Of a stretch of DNA of 64,000 nucleotides, positions 52,779 through 63,194 are shown one piece after another; the first letter of the stretch is position 1; each line of letters starts with the position of its first letter. Where the stretch lies: contig JAIQGG010000007.1 of NCBI GenBank assembly GCA_020072785.1, positions 9,995 through 73,994 on the forward strand, in the 5' to 3' direction. The DNA is from Terriglobia bacterium. Lineage in GTDB: Bacteria > Acidobacteriota > Terriglobia > Acidiferrales > UBA7541. The notes under the pieces are model-generated. The model was not told where the DNA came from. It made no database searches and was given only the letters and a program-made list of their open reading frames with translations. A program made the position numbers and the translations under genes.

Positions 52779-55142
52779 ATGACGGCGCTGCAGAAAAAGC
52801 TGGTGCGCGACCTGTGGCATCTGCGCAGCCAGGTGCTGACGATCGCCGCGGTGGCGGCGTGCGGCATCGCCACCTACGTGACGATGCGCGGGGCCTACGA
52901 ATCGCTCACCACGGCGCAGAGCGGCTACTACGCGCGGTATCACTTCGCCGACGTTTTCGTGCAAGTGAAGCGCGCGCCGCGGGCGCTGGCCGCGCGGGTG
53001 GCCCAGATCCCCGGAGTGGCCACGGTGGAGACGCGGGTGGTGGAGGAGGTGACGCTGGACGTGCCGGGGCTGGCGGAGCCGGCGCTGGGGCGGCTGGTCT
53101 CCATCCCGGAACGGCGCGAGCCGCTGTTGAATGCGCTGTGCCTGCGCGAGGGGCGCTGGATCGAACCGGGCGCGGGCAACGAAGTGCTGGCGAGCGAGGC
53201 TTTCGCAAATGCCAACGGGCTGAAGCCCGGCGACACGCTGGGGGCGGTGATCAACGGGCGCTGGGAGCGGCTGTACCTCGCGGGGATCGTGCTGTCGCCG
53301 GAATACGTTTACGAGATACGCGGCGCGGAAGTATTCCCGGACAACCGGCGCTTCGGCGTGCTGTGGATGAGCCGGGAGGCGCTGGGGCCGCCGTTCCAGA
53401 TGGAGGGTGCGTTCAACGACGTGGCGCTGACGCTGGCGCCGGGAGCGAGCGAAGCGGAAGTTTTGACGCGGCTCGATTCCCTGCTCGAGCCCTACGGCGG
53501 GCTGGGGGCCTACGGGCGGGCAGACCAGATCTCGCACCGCTTTCTGAGCGACGAACTGGCGCAGGACCGGGTGACGGGGATTTTCGTGCCCACCATTTTC
53601 CTGGGGGTGGCGGCGTTTCTGATTCATGTGGTGCTGACGCGGCTGGTGAGCACGCAGCGTAATGCGGTGGGGCTGCTGAAGGCGTTCGGCTATGGCAATG
53701 CCGCGATCGGCGTGCATTACCTGCAGTTCGCGCTGGCGGCCGTGCTGGTGGGAACAGCGGGAGGCGTGCCTCTGGGCATCTGGCTGGGACGCGGGCTGGC
53801 GCGGCTATATGCCGGCTATTTCCGTTTTCCAGAGCTGCACTTCGTGGCCGGGGGCGGGCTGCTGCTGATGGCCATTGCGCTGAGCAGCGCTGCGGCGGCG
53901 CTGGGCGCGCTGACGGCGGTGCGCGCCGCGGCGGCCCTGCCCCCGGCGGAAGCGATGCGCCCGGAATCGCCTCCGGAGTTCCGCGCGGGGCTGGCGGAGC
54001 GCCTGGGGCTGCAGGAATATTTCACGATCTACACGCGGATGATCCTACGCAACCTGGAGCGGCGGCCGTGGAAGGCGGGGCTGACGGTGCTGGGAATGTC
54101 GCTGGCGGTAGCCATCCTGATCGTGGGGTTCTATTTTTACGACGCGATTGATTATCTGGTGCGCGTGGAATTTCAGACGGCGCAGCGGGACGACGTCACG
54201 CTGACGTTTGCCACCGAGCAGGGAGCCACGGCGCGGCACGATATCGAGCACCTGCCCGGGGTGCTGCGCAGCGAACCTTTCCGCATGGTACCGGCGCGGC
54301 TGCGCCACGAGCACCGCACGCGGCGCGTGGGAATCCTGGGCCTGGACCCCGGCGGGGAGCTGCGGCGGCTGGTGAACCGGCGGCTGGAAACCGTGCAGCT
54401 GCCTCCGGAAGGCGTGGTGCTCTCGGCGAAGCTGGCGGAAATTCTCGGGGTGCGGCCGGGGGATGAGCTGACCATCGAAGTGCTGGAAGGCAAGCGGCCG
54501 GTGCGCAGCGTGCGCGTGGCCGGAACCGTGGACGAACTGATCGGAGTCTCCGCGTATATGGACAAGCGCGCGCTGAACCGCATGCTGCGCGAGGGGGATA
54601 CGCTTTCCGGAGCCTACCTGGCGGTGGACGCGCGTGCCGCGCCGCGGCTGTACGCGCTGCTGAAGCAGACGCCGGCGGTGAGCGGGGTGGCGGTGCGGGA
54701 AGCAATGCTGCAAAGCTTTTACGCGACCATCGCCGAGAGCCTGCGTATCTCCACGGGCGCACTGGTATTGTTTGCATCGGTAATTGCGGTGGGCATGGTC
54801 TACAATGGCGCGCGGATAGCGCTCTCCGAACGCGGGCAGGAACTGGGGTCGCTGCGCGTGCTGGGGTTCACGCAGCGGGAGATCGGCTGGATGCTGCTGG
54901 GCGAGCAGGGCCTTCTGGCGCTGCTGGCGGTGCCGGCGGGGTTTTTGTTTGGCTATGGGTTCTGCGCGCTGCTGACGGCGGCGATGCAGACGGAGCTGTA
55001 CCGGATGCCGCTGGTAATCAGCGGGCGGACCTACGCGGTGTCGTTTTTCGTGGTGGCGGCGGCCTCGGCGCTGACCGGGCTGCTGATCTTCCGGCGGCTG
55101 CGGCGCATGGACCTGATCGCGGTGCTGAAGACGAGGGAATAG
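52779..55142 (+). CDS. ABC transporter permease with two FtsX-like domains
   Basis: 787 aa, duplicated 4-TM FtsX/MacB-type modules separated by large periplasmic regions. Starts 8 nt after the ATPase stop. Confidence 0.85.
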   Translation: MTALQKKLVRDLWHLRSQVLTIAAVAACGIATYVTMRGAYESLTTAQSGYYARYHFADVFVQVKRAPRALAARVAQIPGVATVETRVVEEVTLDVPGLAEPALGRLVSIPERREPLLNALCLREGRWIEPGAGNEVLASEAFANANGLKPGDTLGAVINGRWERLYLAGIVLSPEYVYEIRGAEVFPDNRRFGVLWMSREALGPPFQMEGAFNDVALTLAPGASEAEVLTRLDSLLEPYGGLGAYGRADQISHRFLSDELAQDRVTGIFVPTIFLGVAAFLIHVVLTRLVSTQRNAVGLLKAFGYGNAAIGVHYLQFALAAVLVGTAGGVPLGIWLGRGLARLYAGYFRFPELHFVAGGGLLLMAIALSSAAAALGALTAVRAAAALPPAEAMRPESPPEFRAGLAERLGLQEYFTIYTRMILRNLERRPWKAGLTVLGMSLAVAILIVGFYFYDAIDYLVRVEFQTAQRDDVTLTFATEQGATARHDIEHLPGVLRSEPFRMVPARLRHEHRTRRVGILGLDPGGELRRLVNRRLETVQLPPEGVVLSAKLAEILGVRPGDELTIEVLEGKRPVRSVRVAGTVDELIGVSAYMDKRALNRMLREGDTLSGAYLAVDARAAPRLYALLKQTPAVSGVAVREAMLQSFYATIAESLRISTGALVLFASVIAVGMVYNGARIALSERGQELGSLRVLGFTQREIGWMLLGEQGLLALLAVPAGFLFGYGFCALLTAAMQTELYRMPLVISGRTYAVSFFVVAAASALTGLLIFRRLRRMDLIAVLKTRE

Positions 55143-55143
55143 C

Positions 55144-56346
55144 GTGCCCTTTCCCAAGAAACGGCGGAAATCGTATGCGTGGCTGGTCGCGCCGGCGCTG
55201 GCGGCGCTCCTGGTTTACGCGCTGTGGCCCGCGGCGGTGCCCGTGGAAACGGCGCGGGCGGAGCGCGGAGCGCTGCGGGTGACCGTGGATGAAGAGGGTG
55301 AGACGCGCGCGCAAGATCGCTTCGTGGTGGCCGCGCCGGTTCCGGGGCGGCTGCTGCGCATCCAGCTGGAAGAAGGCGACGCGGTAAAGCAAGACCAGGT
55401 GGTGGCGACGATCGAGCCTTCGCCGCTCAGCCAGCGCGAGCGGGAAGAAGTGCTGGCACGGGTGGCGGCCGCGGAGGCAGCGCAGCGACAGGCGGAAGCG
55501 CGGCTGGCGCACGCCCGCGCCGATTACGATATGGCGCAGACGGAACGGCAGCGCGGCGAACAACTGGCGCGCAACGGCGTGATCTCCAAGCAGGCGCTGG
55601 ATCAGGTGCGCACCGCAGAGCGTTCCACGGCCGAAGAGCTGAAGGCGGCGCAATATGCCGTGCAGGTGGCGGCGGCGGAAATCAAAGTGGCGCGCGCCGG
55701 GCTGGTGGGGCTGGAAACGCAGGGCGACAGGCGGAAACCGGTCGCGGTGCGCTCGCCGGTGGCCGGGCGAGTGCTGCATATCACGGAAGAGAGCGAGCGC
55801 GTGGTGGGCGCGGGAATGCCGCTGCTGGTGCTGGGGGATCCAAAGAAGATCGAGGTGGTGGTGGACGTGCTCTCCACGGATGCGGTGAAAATCGCGCCGG
55901 GTGCGGAGATGCTGCTGGAAGGTTGGGGCGGGGAGCACCCTCTGCGCGCGAAAGTGCGCCTGGTGGAGCCGGCGGGGTTCACGAAGATCTCGGCGCTGGG
56001 GGTGGAGGAGAAGCGGGTGCACGTGATCGGCGATTTCGTGGAAGCCCCGGGACCGCTGGGTGACGCGTACCGGGTGGAAGCGCGGATTGTGGTGTGGGCG
56101 GGCGAAGGCGTGTTGAAGGTTCCAGCGAGCGCCGTGTTCCGGAAGGGCGAGACATGGAGCGCGTTCACGGTCGAAAGCGGGCGGGCGCGGCTGCGCAGGA
56201 TCGAGATCGGACACCGCAGCGAGACGGAAGTGGAAGTGTTGCTCGGGATCGAAGACGGCGCGGAGATCATCGCGCATCCGCCGAACCAGGTGCGCGACGG
56301 CGTGCGCGTGCGAGCGCTGAGTTCCCTGCCCCGTGGAAATCGCTGA
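55144..56346 (+). CDS. HlyD-family periplasmic adaptor subunit
   Basis: N-terminal anchor, coiled-coil hairpin (ARVAAAEAAQRQAEARLAHARADYDMAQTERQRGEQL...) and beta-barrel/lipoyl segments. The GTG start abuts the permease stop. Confidence 0.85.
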   Translation: MPFPKKRRKSYAWLVAPALAALLVYALWPAAVPVETARAERGALRVTVDEEGETRAQDRFVVAAPVPGRLLRIQLEEGDAVKQDQVVATIEPSPLSQREREEVLARVAAAEAAQRQAEARLAHARADYDMAQTERQRGEQLARNGVISKQALDQVRTAERSTAEELKAAQYAVQVAAAEIKVARAGLVGLETQGDRRKPVAVRSPVAGRVLHITEESERVVGAGMPLLVLGDPKKIEVVVDVLSTDAVKIAPGAEMLLEGWGGEHPLRAKVRLVEPAGFTKISALGVEEKRVHVIGDFVEAPGPLGDAYRVEARIVVWAGEGVLKVPASAVFRKGETWSAFTVESGRARLRRIEIGHRSETEVEVLLGIEDGAEIIAHPPNQVRDGVRVRALSSLPRGNR

Positions 56347-56495
56347 GTGGCCGCGGGGGAAGAAGAAAGACGGGCGCGGCGGTCCTTCGGCGGGCTCAGG
56401 GCAGGCGCCACGCTCCGACGAACCAGGAGCGGGCGGCGGGATCAAGAAACAGCGGGCGCAAGAGTCCTACTGCTGTGTGCCCGGCATCTGCTAGG

Positions 56496-57371
56496 ATGAG
56501 CTCGATGCGTATTCCAATGAAGTTCTCTGGGTTTTTTCTGGGGCTGGCGTTGGCCGCGCTGGCGCCAGGAGCGCGGGCGCAGGCGGCGCCAGGCGGCACG
56601 GGCGCGCTTGAATTTCAGGCGCGGATCACGCCGACGGGAGCGCGGCCCGAGCCGGTGCGGCAGTTCACGTTTTATCTGCTGCGCAAGAGCTACGCGGAAA
56701 TCGCGCGGGAGGCCGAGGCGGCCGATCCCTTGCCGACGCGCGAACAGTTTATCGACGGGCTGAAGGTCTCCGCGAAGCTGAAGGAGTGGCTGAAGAAGCA
56801 CGAGGCCATGGATCTCACCTCCTCCGAGATCGACGACATGCTCACCGCGGATGACATCATTGCCATCCCGGAATTTCTGGAAGCCTACCTGCGCTCCAAC
56901 AGCGGCGGAGTGACCCAGGGCTTGCCGCGGCCGAAATTCAAGGAAACCGACAAGACCGCGGACCCCGAGCGCTACAAAGTGCTCCACGAGGAGTATCTGG
57001 CGGCGCTGCGCAAATTCATTACCACGAACCTGCAGACGCTCGGCGGTATGGAAGCGTATCTCGATGGGGTCAACCCGGCGCAGCAGTGGAACCAGATTCG
57101 CAGCGAACACCGCCGCCGGCTCGAGCGCCGGATTCCGGAGCTTGCCCAGACCGGCTATCTGGCGGCCAAGGCCGATACGGATCTCGATGGCCGGGCCGCC
57201 CTCAGCGGCCTCCCGGCGGGCGACTACTGGCTGAGCACGCTGGGGCTGGACGCCGCCGCGGGCGACGTGCGCCTGCGCTGGGACGTTGCGGTGCGGGTGA
57301 ACGCCGGACAGACCACGCACGCCGAACTCAGCAACCTGAATGGCACGGAAGCGCACGCGGCCACGCCGTAA
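56496..57371 (+). CDS. secreted hypothetical protein with a C-terminal carboxypeptidase-regulatory-like beta-sandwich (tentative)
   Basis: Signal peptide (FFLGLALAALAPGARAQA); C-terminal TDLDGRAALSGLPAGDYWLS...VRVNAGQTT pattern. The ATG at 56496 is in frame with track ORF 56094..57371. Confidence 0.6.
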   Translation: MSSMRIPMKFSGFFLGLALAALAPGARAQAAPGGTGALEFQARITPTGARPEPVRQFTFYLLRKSYAEIAREAEAADPLPTREQFIDGLKVSAKLKEWLKKHEAMDLTSSEIDDMLTADDIIAIPEFLEAYLRSNSGGVTQGLPRPKFKETDKTADPERYKVLHEEYLAALRKFITTNLQTLGGMEAYLDGVNPAQQWNQIRSEHRRRLERRIPELAQTGYLAAKADTDLDGRAALSGLPAGDYWLSTLGLDAAAGDVRLRWDVAVRVNAGQTTHAELSNLNGTEAHAATP

Positions 57372-57392
57372 TTCCCGGCGCATCCACTCTTC

Positions 57393-58373
57393 ATGGCACT
57401 CCTGGCAGCTCTGACCGGCACAGCAGCGATGGCGGGAATCGGCACTCCCTGGCACTGGTTCGCATTCCTGCTCTTCGTACTGCTGGCGGTGGCCCTGGAT
57501 CTGGGCGTCTTTCACCGCAATGCACACCCGGTGCGCTGGCGCGAGGCGGCGGCCTGGAGCCTGGTGTGGGTCGCCATCTCCGTGCTCTTCGGGCTGGGGA
57601 TTCTGCGCTGGTACGGGACACAGCCCGCGCTGGAATATTTCACCGGCTACGTCATCGAGAAATCGCTGAGCGTGGACAACCTGTTCGTCTTCCTGATCGT
57701 CTTCCGGACGTTCCGGGTGGACGCGCGCTACCAGCATCGCATCCTGGGCTGGGGCATCCTGGGTGCGCTGGTGATGCGCGGGGTGATGATCGCGGCGGGC
57801 GTGGCGCTGCTGGCGCGCTTCGCGTGGATCACCTATCTGTTCGGCGGGTTTCTGCTCTACGCGGGGCTGCACATGCTGGTGGCGCGGGAAAAAGAAGCGC
57901 ACCCGGAGCAGAACATCATCTTTCGGTTCGCGAAGAGGCACCTGCGCGTGGCCGAGAAGTACCACGACGCAAGCTTTTTCATCCGCGAGGGCGGGCGCTG
58001 GCTGGCCACTCCGCTGTTCCTGGTGCTGCTGGTGATCGAGACCGCCGACGTAACCTTCGCGCTGGACTCCATCCCGGCGGTCTTCGGGATCACGCGCGAC
58101 CCGTTCATCGTCTTCACCTCCAACGTTTTCGCCATCCTGGGTCTGCGCGCGCTCTATTTCCTGCTGGCGGGGGTGCTGGACTATTTCTCCTATCTCAGCA
58201 CGGGGCTGGCGCTGGTGCTGCTGTTCATCGGAAGCAAGATGATCGCGGAGCCGTGGGTGCACATTCCCGTGCACCTCTCGCTGGCCATCGTCGGGGGAAT
58301 TCTGCTGGCGGCGCTGCTGGCGTCGCTGCTGCGCCCGCCCCGCAAGGCGGATGCTCCCGCGCAAAAAGGGTAA
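57393..58373 (+). CDS. TerC/Alx family integral membrane protein
   Basis: YFTGYVIEKSLSVDNLFVF and DSIPAVFGITRDPFIVFTSNVFAILGLRALYF are hallmark TerC motifs. Confidence 0.9.
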   Translation: MALLAALTGTAAMAGIGTPWHWFAFLLFVLLAVALDLGVFHRNAHPVRWREAAAWSLVWVAISVLFGLGILRWYGTQPALEYFTGYVIEKSLSVDNLFVFLIVFRTFRVDARYQHRILGWGILGALVMRGVMIAAGVALLARFAWITYLFGGFLLYAGLHMLVAREKEAHPEQNIIFRFAKRHLRVAEKYHDASFFIREGGRWLATPLFLVLLVIETADVTFALDSIPAVFGITRDPFIVFTSNVFAILGLRALYFLLAGVLDYFSYLSTGLALVLLFIGSKMIAEPWVHIPVHLSLAIVGGILLAALLASLLRPPRKADAPAQKG

Positions 58374-58497
58374 AGGACGGCGGCTGTTGCGGCCTGCTGC
58401 TGCGGCAGTTCGCGGCGAGGAACTAAAAAGCAGAATGCCGGGCTCCCGTGCCAGGATGAATTCCGCGCGGCGCCACAAAACGAAAATTCACGGTAGA

Positions 58498-59091
58498 ATG
58501 TTTTCCCGAACCATGGCCAACCCTCTCGCCGCTTCCATTGCTGCACTTGCCGCACCGGATGCTTCCGCTCGCGCCGCCGCCGCCGCCGAACTGTACGAGG
58601 CGGGCCGCGCGCTGTCCGAGCCGGTGGTGCGGCGCTGGCGCAGCGATGCGGAACTGGCGCGGCTGCTCGGCGGAGCCACGCCGCAGATCACCGTGGGAAT
58701 CGCCGTGACGCCGGAAACGTTTGCGCGGATCAGCGCGGCCAACGGCTCGCCGCGGCAGGCCGAGGTGCCGGCGGAACAGGACGCCCGGGAATTCGAGCTG
58801 CACTTCGACGGCGGAATCTCCCTGGACATCCTGACGACGCGGGACCCGGCCGGCAGCGGAGCCGTGGCGCGCTATCTGGCGAAACTGGGCGAAGGCATCC
58901 AGCAGGTGGAGTACCGCACGGAAGACGTGGAGCGCGCGACGCGCATCGTGAAGGAGCGCTACAGCGTGCCGCCGGTCTATCCGGAAACGCGGCCCGGGGC
59001 GAACGGAACGCGGATCAATTTTTTTCTGGCGCCGACGATCGAGAACGGCCGCGTGCTCATCGAGCTGTACGAGGCGCCGGAAAAGACGTGA
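58498..59091 (+). CDS. hypothetical protein, C-terminal half VOC/glyoxalase-like (tentative)
   Basis: High GC3 and no competing frame. The C-terminus (GIQQVEYRTEDVERATRIVKERY...RINFFLAPTIENGRVLIELYE) resembles the beta-alpha-beta-beta-beta modules of VOC proteins. Start at 58498 or 58513. Confidence 0.45.
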   Translation: MFSRTMANPLAASIAALAAPDASARAAAAAELYEAGRALSEPVVRRWRSDAELARLLGGATPQITVGIAVTPETFARISAANGSPRQAEVPAEQDAREFELHFDGGISLDILTTRDPAGSGAVARYLAKLGEGIQQVEYRTEDVERATRIVKERYSVPPVYPETRPGANGTRINFFLAPTIENGRVLIELYEAPEKT

Positions 59092-59200
59092 GGAGGGGCG
59101 AGCGGCGCGGAGTTCAGTTCCAGCGAGCTCGATCCCGGTGCGCTACGGAGTTCTCCCGCAATACAAAGGACCACGACGGATGACATCCCAGGAGGGTCGC

Positions 59201-61435
59201 ATGGCTTCCCAGAGAATTGGCGGGAGGATTGGGTGGGTAGTCTTGTGCGCGCTGTTGGGCGTGCCAGCGCTGGTGGCGCGGCCGGCGGTCGCGCAGACGG
59301 CGGCGGCGCCGGCGGCGGGCAAGGCGCTCACCGTGGAGCGCATCTACGGGCAGCCCAGTCTGGGCGGGCGGCTGCTGCGCGGGCTGGCGTGGAGTCCCGA
59401 CGGCCAGCGTCTGGCCTATTTCCAGGGGGATGGGGAGGCGACCGAGCTGTGGGTGACGGACGCGGCGACAGGCGCGCGCAGCCTGCTGCTCTCCGCGGAA
59501 AAACTTTCCTCCCTGCTGCCGGCGGATCCCGCGCAGCCAACGCAGGCCACCGGACTGGGGCGGCGCGCTCCCGCGAGCGAGCAGTGGGCGCCGCGTGGCG
59601 ATGCCCTGCTCTTCGCCGGGGCCACGTCGCTGGCCTGGTACGACCTGAAGACACAGAGCGCGCGCAGCCTGGTCACCGGCAAAGAAGCCATCGCGGACGC
59701 CAAGATTTCGCCCGACGGGCGCTGGGTGAGTTTCCTGCGCGAGCACAACCTGTGGCTGGTGAACGTGGCCAGCGGGGAAACGCGGGCGTTCACCACCGGC
59801 GGCACGGAGGACCTGCGCAAGGGCGAGCTGGACTGGGTCTATCCCGAGGAACTGGAGAACAAAACCGCGTACTGGTGGGCGCCGGACTCCTCCGCCATCG
59901 CCTATTTCGAAATGGACGAGCGCCCGGTAACGCGTTACCCCCTCCAGGACTTCACCTCCTACACTGGCGCGACGGCGTACATGCGCTATCCCAAGGCGGG
60001 CGGCGCCAACCCCATCGTACACGTGTACGTGGCCGGCATCGCGGGCGGCGCGGCGCGCCGGATGGACACCGGCAAGGAGACGGACATCTACCTGGCGCGG
60101 GTGAACTGGCTGCCGGATTCCAAGCGCCTGGCGATCCAGCGGCTCAACCGCGCGCAGAATGCGCTGGAGTTGCTCTTCGCCGACGCGGCCACGGGGCAGA
60201 CCCAGGCCGTGCTCACGGAGAAGGATGCCTGCTGGATCAATATCAGCGACGATCTGAATTTCCTGCGCGATGGCAAGCGCTTCCTGTGGTCGAGCGAGCG
60301 CAGCGGCTACCGCCACCTCTATCTGTACCAGACGAACGGCACGCAGCTCGCGCAATTGACCCGCGGGGAGTGGGAGGTCCGGCAGATCGAATCGGTGGAT
60401 GAAGCGAAGGGGCTGGTCTACTTCACCGCCACGGAAAAGAGCCCGCTGGAGCGGCATCTCTATCGCGTGGGGCTGGATGGAACGGATTTTGCGCGGGTCA
60501 CCCGCGAAGAGGGCACGCACGCGGTGAACTTCGCGCCGGACGGGCGCAGCTTCGTGGACACCTACTCGAACACCCAGGCGCCGCCGCGGCAGGAACTGCT
60601 GCGCGCCGACGGCTCGCTCGTGGCTGCGCTCAACGAAAACAAGGTAGCCGAGCTGGCGGAGTACAGGCTTTCGCCGGTGGAATTCCTCACGGTCACGGCG
60701 CGCGACGGAGCGCAGCTCAACGCCATGATGATCAAGCCGCCGGAGTTCAATCCCGCGCGCAAGTATCCGGTCCTCGTCTACACCTACGGGGGGCCGCGCG
60801 CGCAGGTGGTACTGAACGCCTGGGGCGGCAACAATTTTCTGTGGCATCAGATGATGGCCCAGAAGGGCTACATTATTTTTGCGGTGGATAACCGCGGCTC
60901 GGCCGGGCGCGGGCACGCCTTCGAAACGCCGATTCACCTGCACCTGGGTAAGCAGGAGCTCTCCGACCAGCGCGACGGCGCGGCCTATCTGCGCTCGCTG
61001 CCCTACGTGGACGCAGGGCGCATCGGCATCTGGGGCTGGAGCTACGGCGGACACATGACGCTGCACGCCCTGTTCGAGGCCGGCGACGATTTCAAGGCGG
61101 GCTTCGCGGGCGGGCCGGTGACCGCCTGGCGGCAGTACGACACCATCTACACCGAGCGCTACATGGCCCGGCCGCAGGACAACCCCGAGGGCTACCGCGA
61201 CTCCTCGCCGATCAGCCATGTGGAGGGGCTGAAGGGCAAGCTGCTCATCGCCCACGGCACGAGCGATGACAACGTGCATGTGGCGAATACGCTTTCGCTC
61301 GTCAACGAACTGATCGCCAAGGGCAAGTACGTGGAGGTGGCGCTCTTCCCCGGGCGCGGTCACCCGGTCAGCGATCCCCCGGCGCGCATCGTGCTCTTCC
61401 GCCGCGTCACGCAGTTCTTCCTCGACAATCTCTGA
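59201..61435 (+). CDS. dipeptidyl-peptidase IV family serine peptidase (S9B)
   Basis: Signal peptide, DPP-IV N-terminal propeller (WSPDGQRLAY, ISPDGRWVSF), and a catalytic domain with GWSYGG, ...GTSDDNVH.... GGAGGG lies 4 nt before the ATG at 59201. Confidence 0.9.
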   Translation: MASQRIGGRIGWVVLCALLGVPALVARPAVAQTAAAPAAGKALTVERIYGQPSLGGRLLRGLAWSPDGQRLAYFQGDGEATELWVTDAATGARSLLLSAEKLSSLLPADPAQPTQATGLGRRAPASEQWAPRGDALLFAGATSLAWYDLKTQSARSLVTGKEAIADAKISPDGRWVSFLREHNLWLVNVASGETRAFTTGGTEDLRKGELDWVYPEELENKTAYWWAPDSSAIAYFEMDERPVTRYPLQDFTSYTGATAYMRYPKAGGANPIVHVYVAGIAGGAARRMDTGKETDIYLARVNWLPDSKRLAIQRLNRAQNALELLFADAATGQTQAVLTEKDACWINISDDLNFLRDGKRFLWSSERSGYRHLYLYQTNGTQLAQLTRGEWEVRQIESVDEAKGLVYFTATEKSPLERHLYRVGLDGTDFARVTREEGTHAVNFAPDGRSFVDTYSNTQAPPRQELLRADGSLVAALNENKVAELAEYRLSPVEFLTVTARDGAQLNAMMIKPPEFNPARKYPVLVYTYGGPRAQVVLNAWGGNNFLWHQMMAQKGYIIFAVDNRGSAGRGHAFETPIHLHLGKQELSDQRDGAAYLRSLPYVDAGRIGIWGWSYGGHMTLHALFEAGDDFKAGFAGGPVTAWRQYDTIYTERYMARPQDNPEGYRDSSPISHVEGLKGKLLIAHGTSDDNVHVANTLSLVNELIAKGKYVEVALFPGRGHPVSDPPARIVLFRRVTQFFLDNL

Positions 61436-61503
61436 AAAGCCGAGGGGCCGGTCTGCCCTCGGCCAGCGCCGGCCGGAGCGGGTGGGGGACAGACCTGCGG
61501 GCG

Positions 61504-61530
61504 TTGACAAACGGCGAAAAGTGGTAAACT
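61504..61530 (+). promoter_or_regulatory. possible promoter with an extended -10
   Basis: TTGACA (61504-61509), a 15-nt spacer, then TGgTAAACT (61522-61530); about 50 nt upstream of the ATG at 61580. Confidence 0.35.
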
Positions 61531-61579
61531 TTCTTTAGCCGGAGCTACCCTTCCTCAATACCGGCGATGGACGACCCGC

Positions 61580-61978
61580 ATGCCAAGAAAAAAGACGATC
61601 CGCAAAAACAACAAAAAGCAGAGCCTTCACGCGAAAGCGGCACGCCGCAAAAAGCCGGTCCGCAAAAAGCCGGTCCGCAAGAAGCCCCTCCGCGGCATGA
61701 ACGAGGCCGTGGAAATCGCGGCGGTCGAGCTGAGGGGGCTGGGAGCACGTTCGGGCGGCCAGTCCGGCGATATCCAGGGACTCTCCCGCTTGCAGATTGG
61801 CAATTCCGAGAGCGTGGAAGAGCTGGTGGAAGAGGGCCAGGACCGGGAGGCCGAAATGGTGAGCGCCGTGGAGAACGTTCCGGACGCAGATGCCACGGTG
61901 CTTCCGAGGAAAGAAGGGGAAGCGGAGGCGGAAGAGTTGCCCGAAGAAGAGGTCCCGCCGGAGTACACGGGGAAGTAA
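61580..61978 (+). CDS. hypothetical bipartite protein: Lys/Arg-rich N-terminus with KKPVR repeats, acidic C-terminus
   Basis: The frame was chosen on GC3 (this frame is G/C-rich at the third position; the overlapping 61567 and antisense frames are not). No family recognised. Confidence 0.5.
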   Translation: MPRKKTIRKNNKKQSLHAKAARRKKPVRKKPVRKKPLRGMNEAVEIAAVELRGLGARSGGQSGDIQGLSRLQIGNSESVEELVEEGQDREAEMVSAVENVPDADATVLPRKEGEAEAEELPEEEVPPEYTGK

Positions 61979-62119
61979 GAAGCAGTCCTCGAAGCGGGGG
62001 ATCTCGCCGCTAACGGCCGCGACTTGCCGGCGTATTCTCCCGCAGGGGCGCGCAATCGCATGCCCCTGCGTTTTGTGCGTCACTCCTGCGCGATGGCAAA
62101 TCCATTCTTTGCCGCTCGC

Positions 62120-63055
62120 TCATTTTTTCCCAAGCAACTTGACGATCTGCAGGGCGTCGACCCGGGCGCGGCTGACGGTCAGGCCCCAGTGCAGGTGCGG
62201 TCCGGTGACACGCCCCGTGGCGCCTACTTTCCCCAGCAGCGCGCCCGCCTCCACTGCTTCACCGGCGGTGACGGCGAGTGATTCCAGATGGCCGTAGAAA
62301 GTGTAAATCCCCAGGCCGTGGTCTATGACCACGGTATTGCCGGAGAAGAAGAGCGGCTCGGCCAGGACCACGCGGCCGCGCTGCGCCGCATGCACGGGCG
62401 TGCCGGCCGCCGCCGGAAAATCCACGCCGCTGTGCGGCGAGCCGGGATGGCCGTTGAGGATGCGGCGGCGGCCGAAGTTGCCGCCGGTGGTGACGCCGTC
62501 GAGCGGGACGCGGAAGCCGCCCTGCCACAGGCGCTCGGGAGTGACCTGGTCGAAGAGCTCGCGCAGGCGCTGGAGTTCTTCCTGGGCGCGCTTGAGCTCT
62601 TCGGGGCTGGGCTCCACGAACTGTTTCTGCACGGTCAGGCGCTCGGTGGCGAAGCGCCCGGCCTTCACCCGCACCAGCGCGCGGCAGCTCACCGCCGCGC
62701 CGCGCTGCGTTTGCGCCGTCAGCGTCAGCGCATAGGCCCCCGCCGGCTTCTCGAGGTCCACGCCCAGGAGTGCGCGGCGCAGGTCGCGCGGCCCATCCTC
62801 TCGCCAGAACGGCACGGCGCGCCCGCCCCACTCGCCTTTCAGCTCGGCCAGCGGCTTGGCGCTGCGCACCTCGACCAGCAACAAGCTCCCCTGGGTCGAT
62901 AGCGGCGCGCTCAGGCGCAGCTGCACGCCCGGAGCGCACTGGATCGCCGGGGCCGCCAGCGCCAGCAGCGGCAGCACCAAGAACAACGCACACCCGGCGG
63001 CAATCGTCTGGAAAAATCGTGTTGCCGCTGTTCGCAAGGAAATCTCGATTCGCAT
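62120..63055 (-). CDS. M23 family metallopeptidase
   Basis: Signal/anchor sequence, HSGVDFPAAAGTPV ... GATGRVTGPHLHWG motifs. ATG at 63055. Confidence 0.85.
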   Translation of the reverse strand: MRIEISLRTAATRFFQTIAAGCALFLVLPLLALAAPAIQCAPGVQLRLSAPLSTQGSLLLVEVRSAKPLAELKGEWGGRAVPFWREDGPRDLRRALLGVDLEKPAGAYALTLTAQTQRGAAVSCRALVRVKAGRFATERLTVQKQFVEPSPEELKRAQEELQRLRELFDQVTPERLWQGGFRVPLDGVTTGGNFGRRRILNGHPGSPHSGVDFPAAAGTPVHAAQRGRVVLAEPLFFSGNTVVIDHGLGIYTFYGHLESLAVTAGEAVEAGALLGKVGATGRVTGPHLHWGLTVSRARVDALQIVKLLGKK

Positions 63056-63194
63056 TTCACTCCGTCGCACTCCCATGTAACCACACAATGGAGGCGGGCG
63101 GCAGGGTGCACATTCCTCCCGTGCCCAATCCTCACCTTCACGCGATGGAATTCGCACGGGTTCGCGCCCAGCCATGTCGTTCTTTTTGTCCTTT

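Noticed and set aside
57372-57392. yybP-ykoY (Mn2+) riboswitch, which often precedes TerC/Alx genes
   Set aside because: Only 21 nt separate the upstream stop from the TerC ATG, which leaves no room for a ~100-nt riboswitch.
56442-58478. 678-aa minus-strand ORF
   Set aside because: It is antisense to the secreted protein and TerC genes, both of which have clear features (a signal peptide and TerC motifs). The translation is Arg/Gln/His-rich nonsense.
59114-61510. 798-aa minus-strand ORF
   Set aside because: It is antisense to the DPP-IV gene, which carries GWSYGG and propeller motifs.
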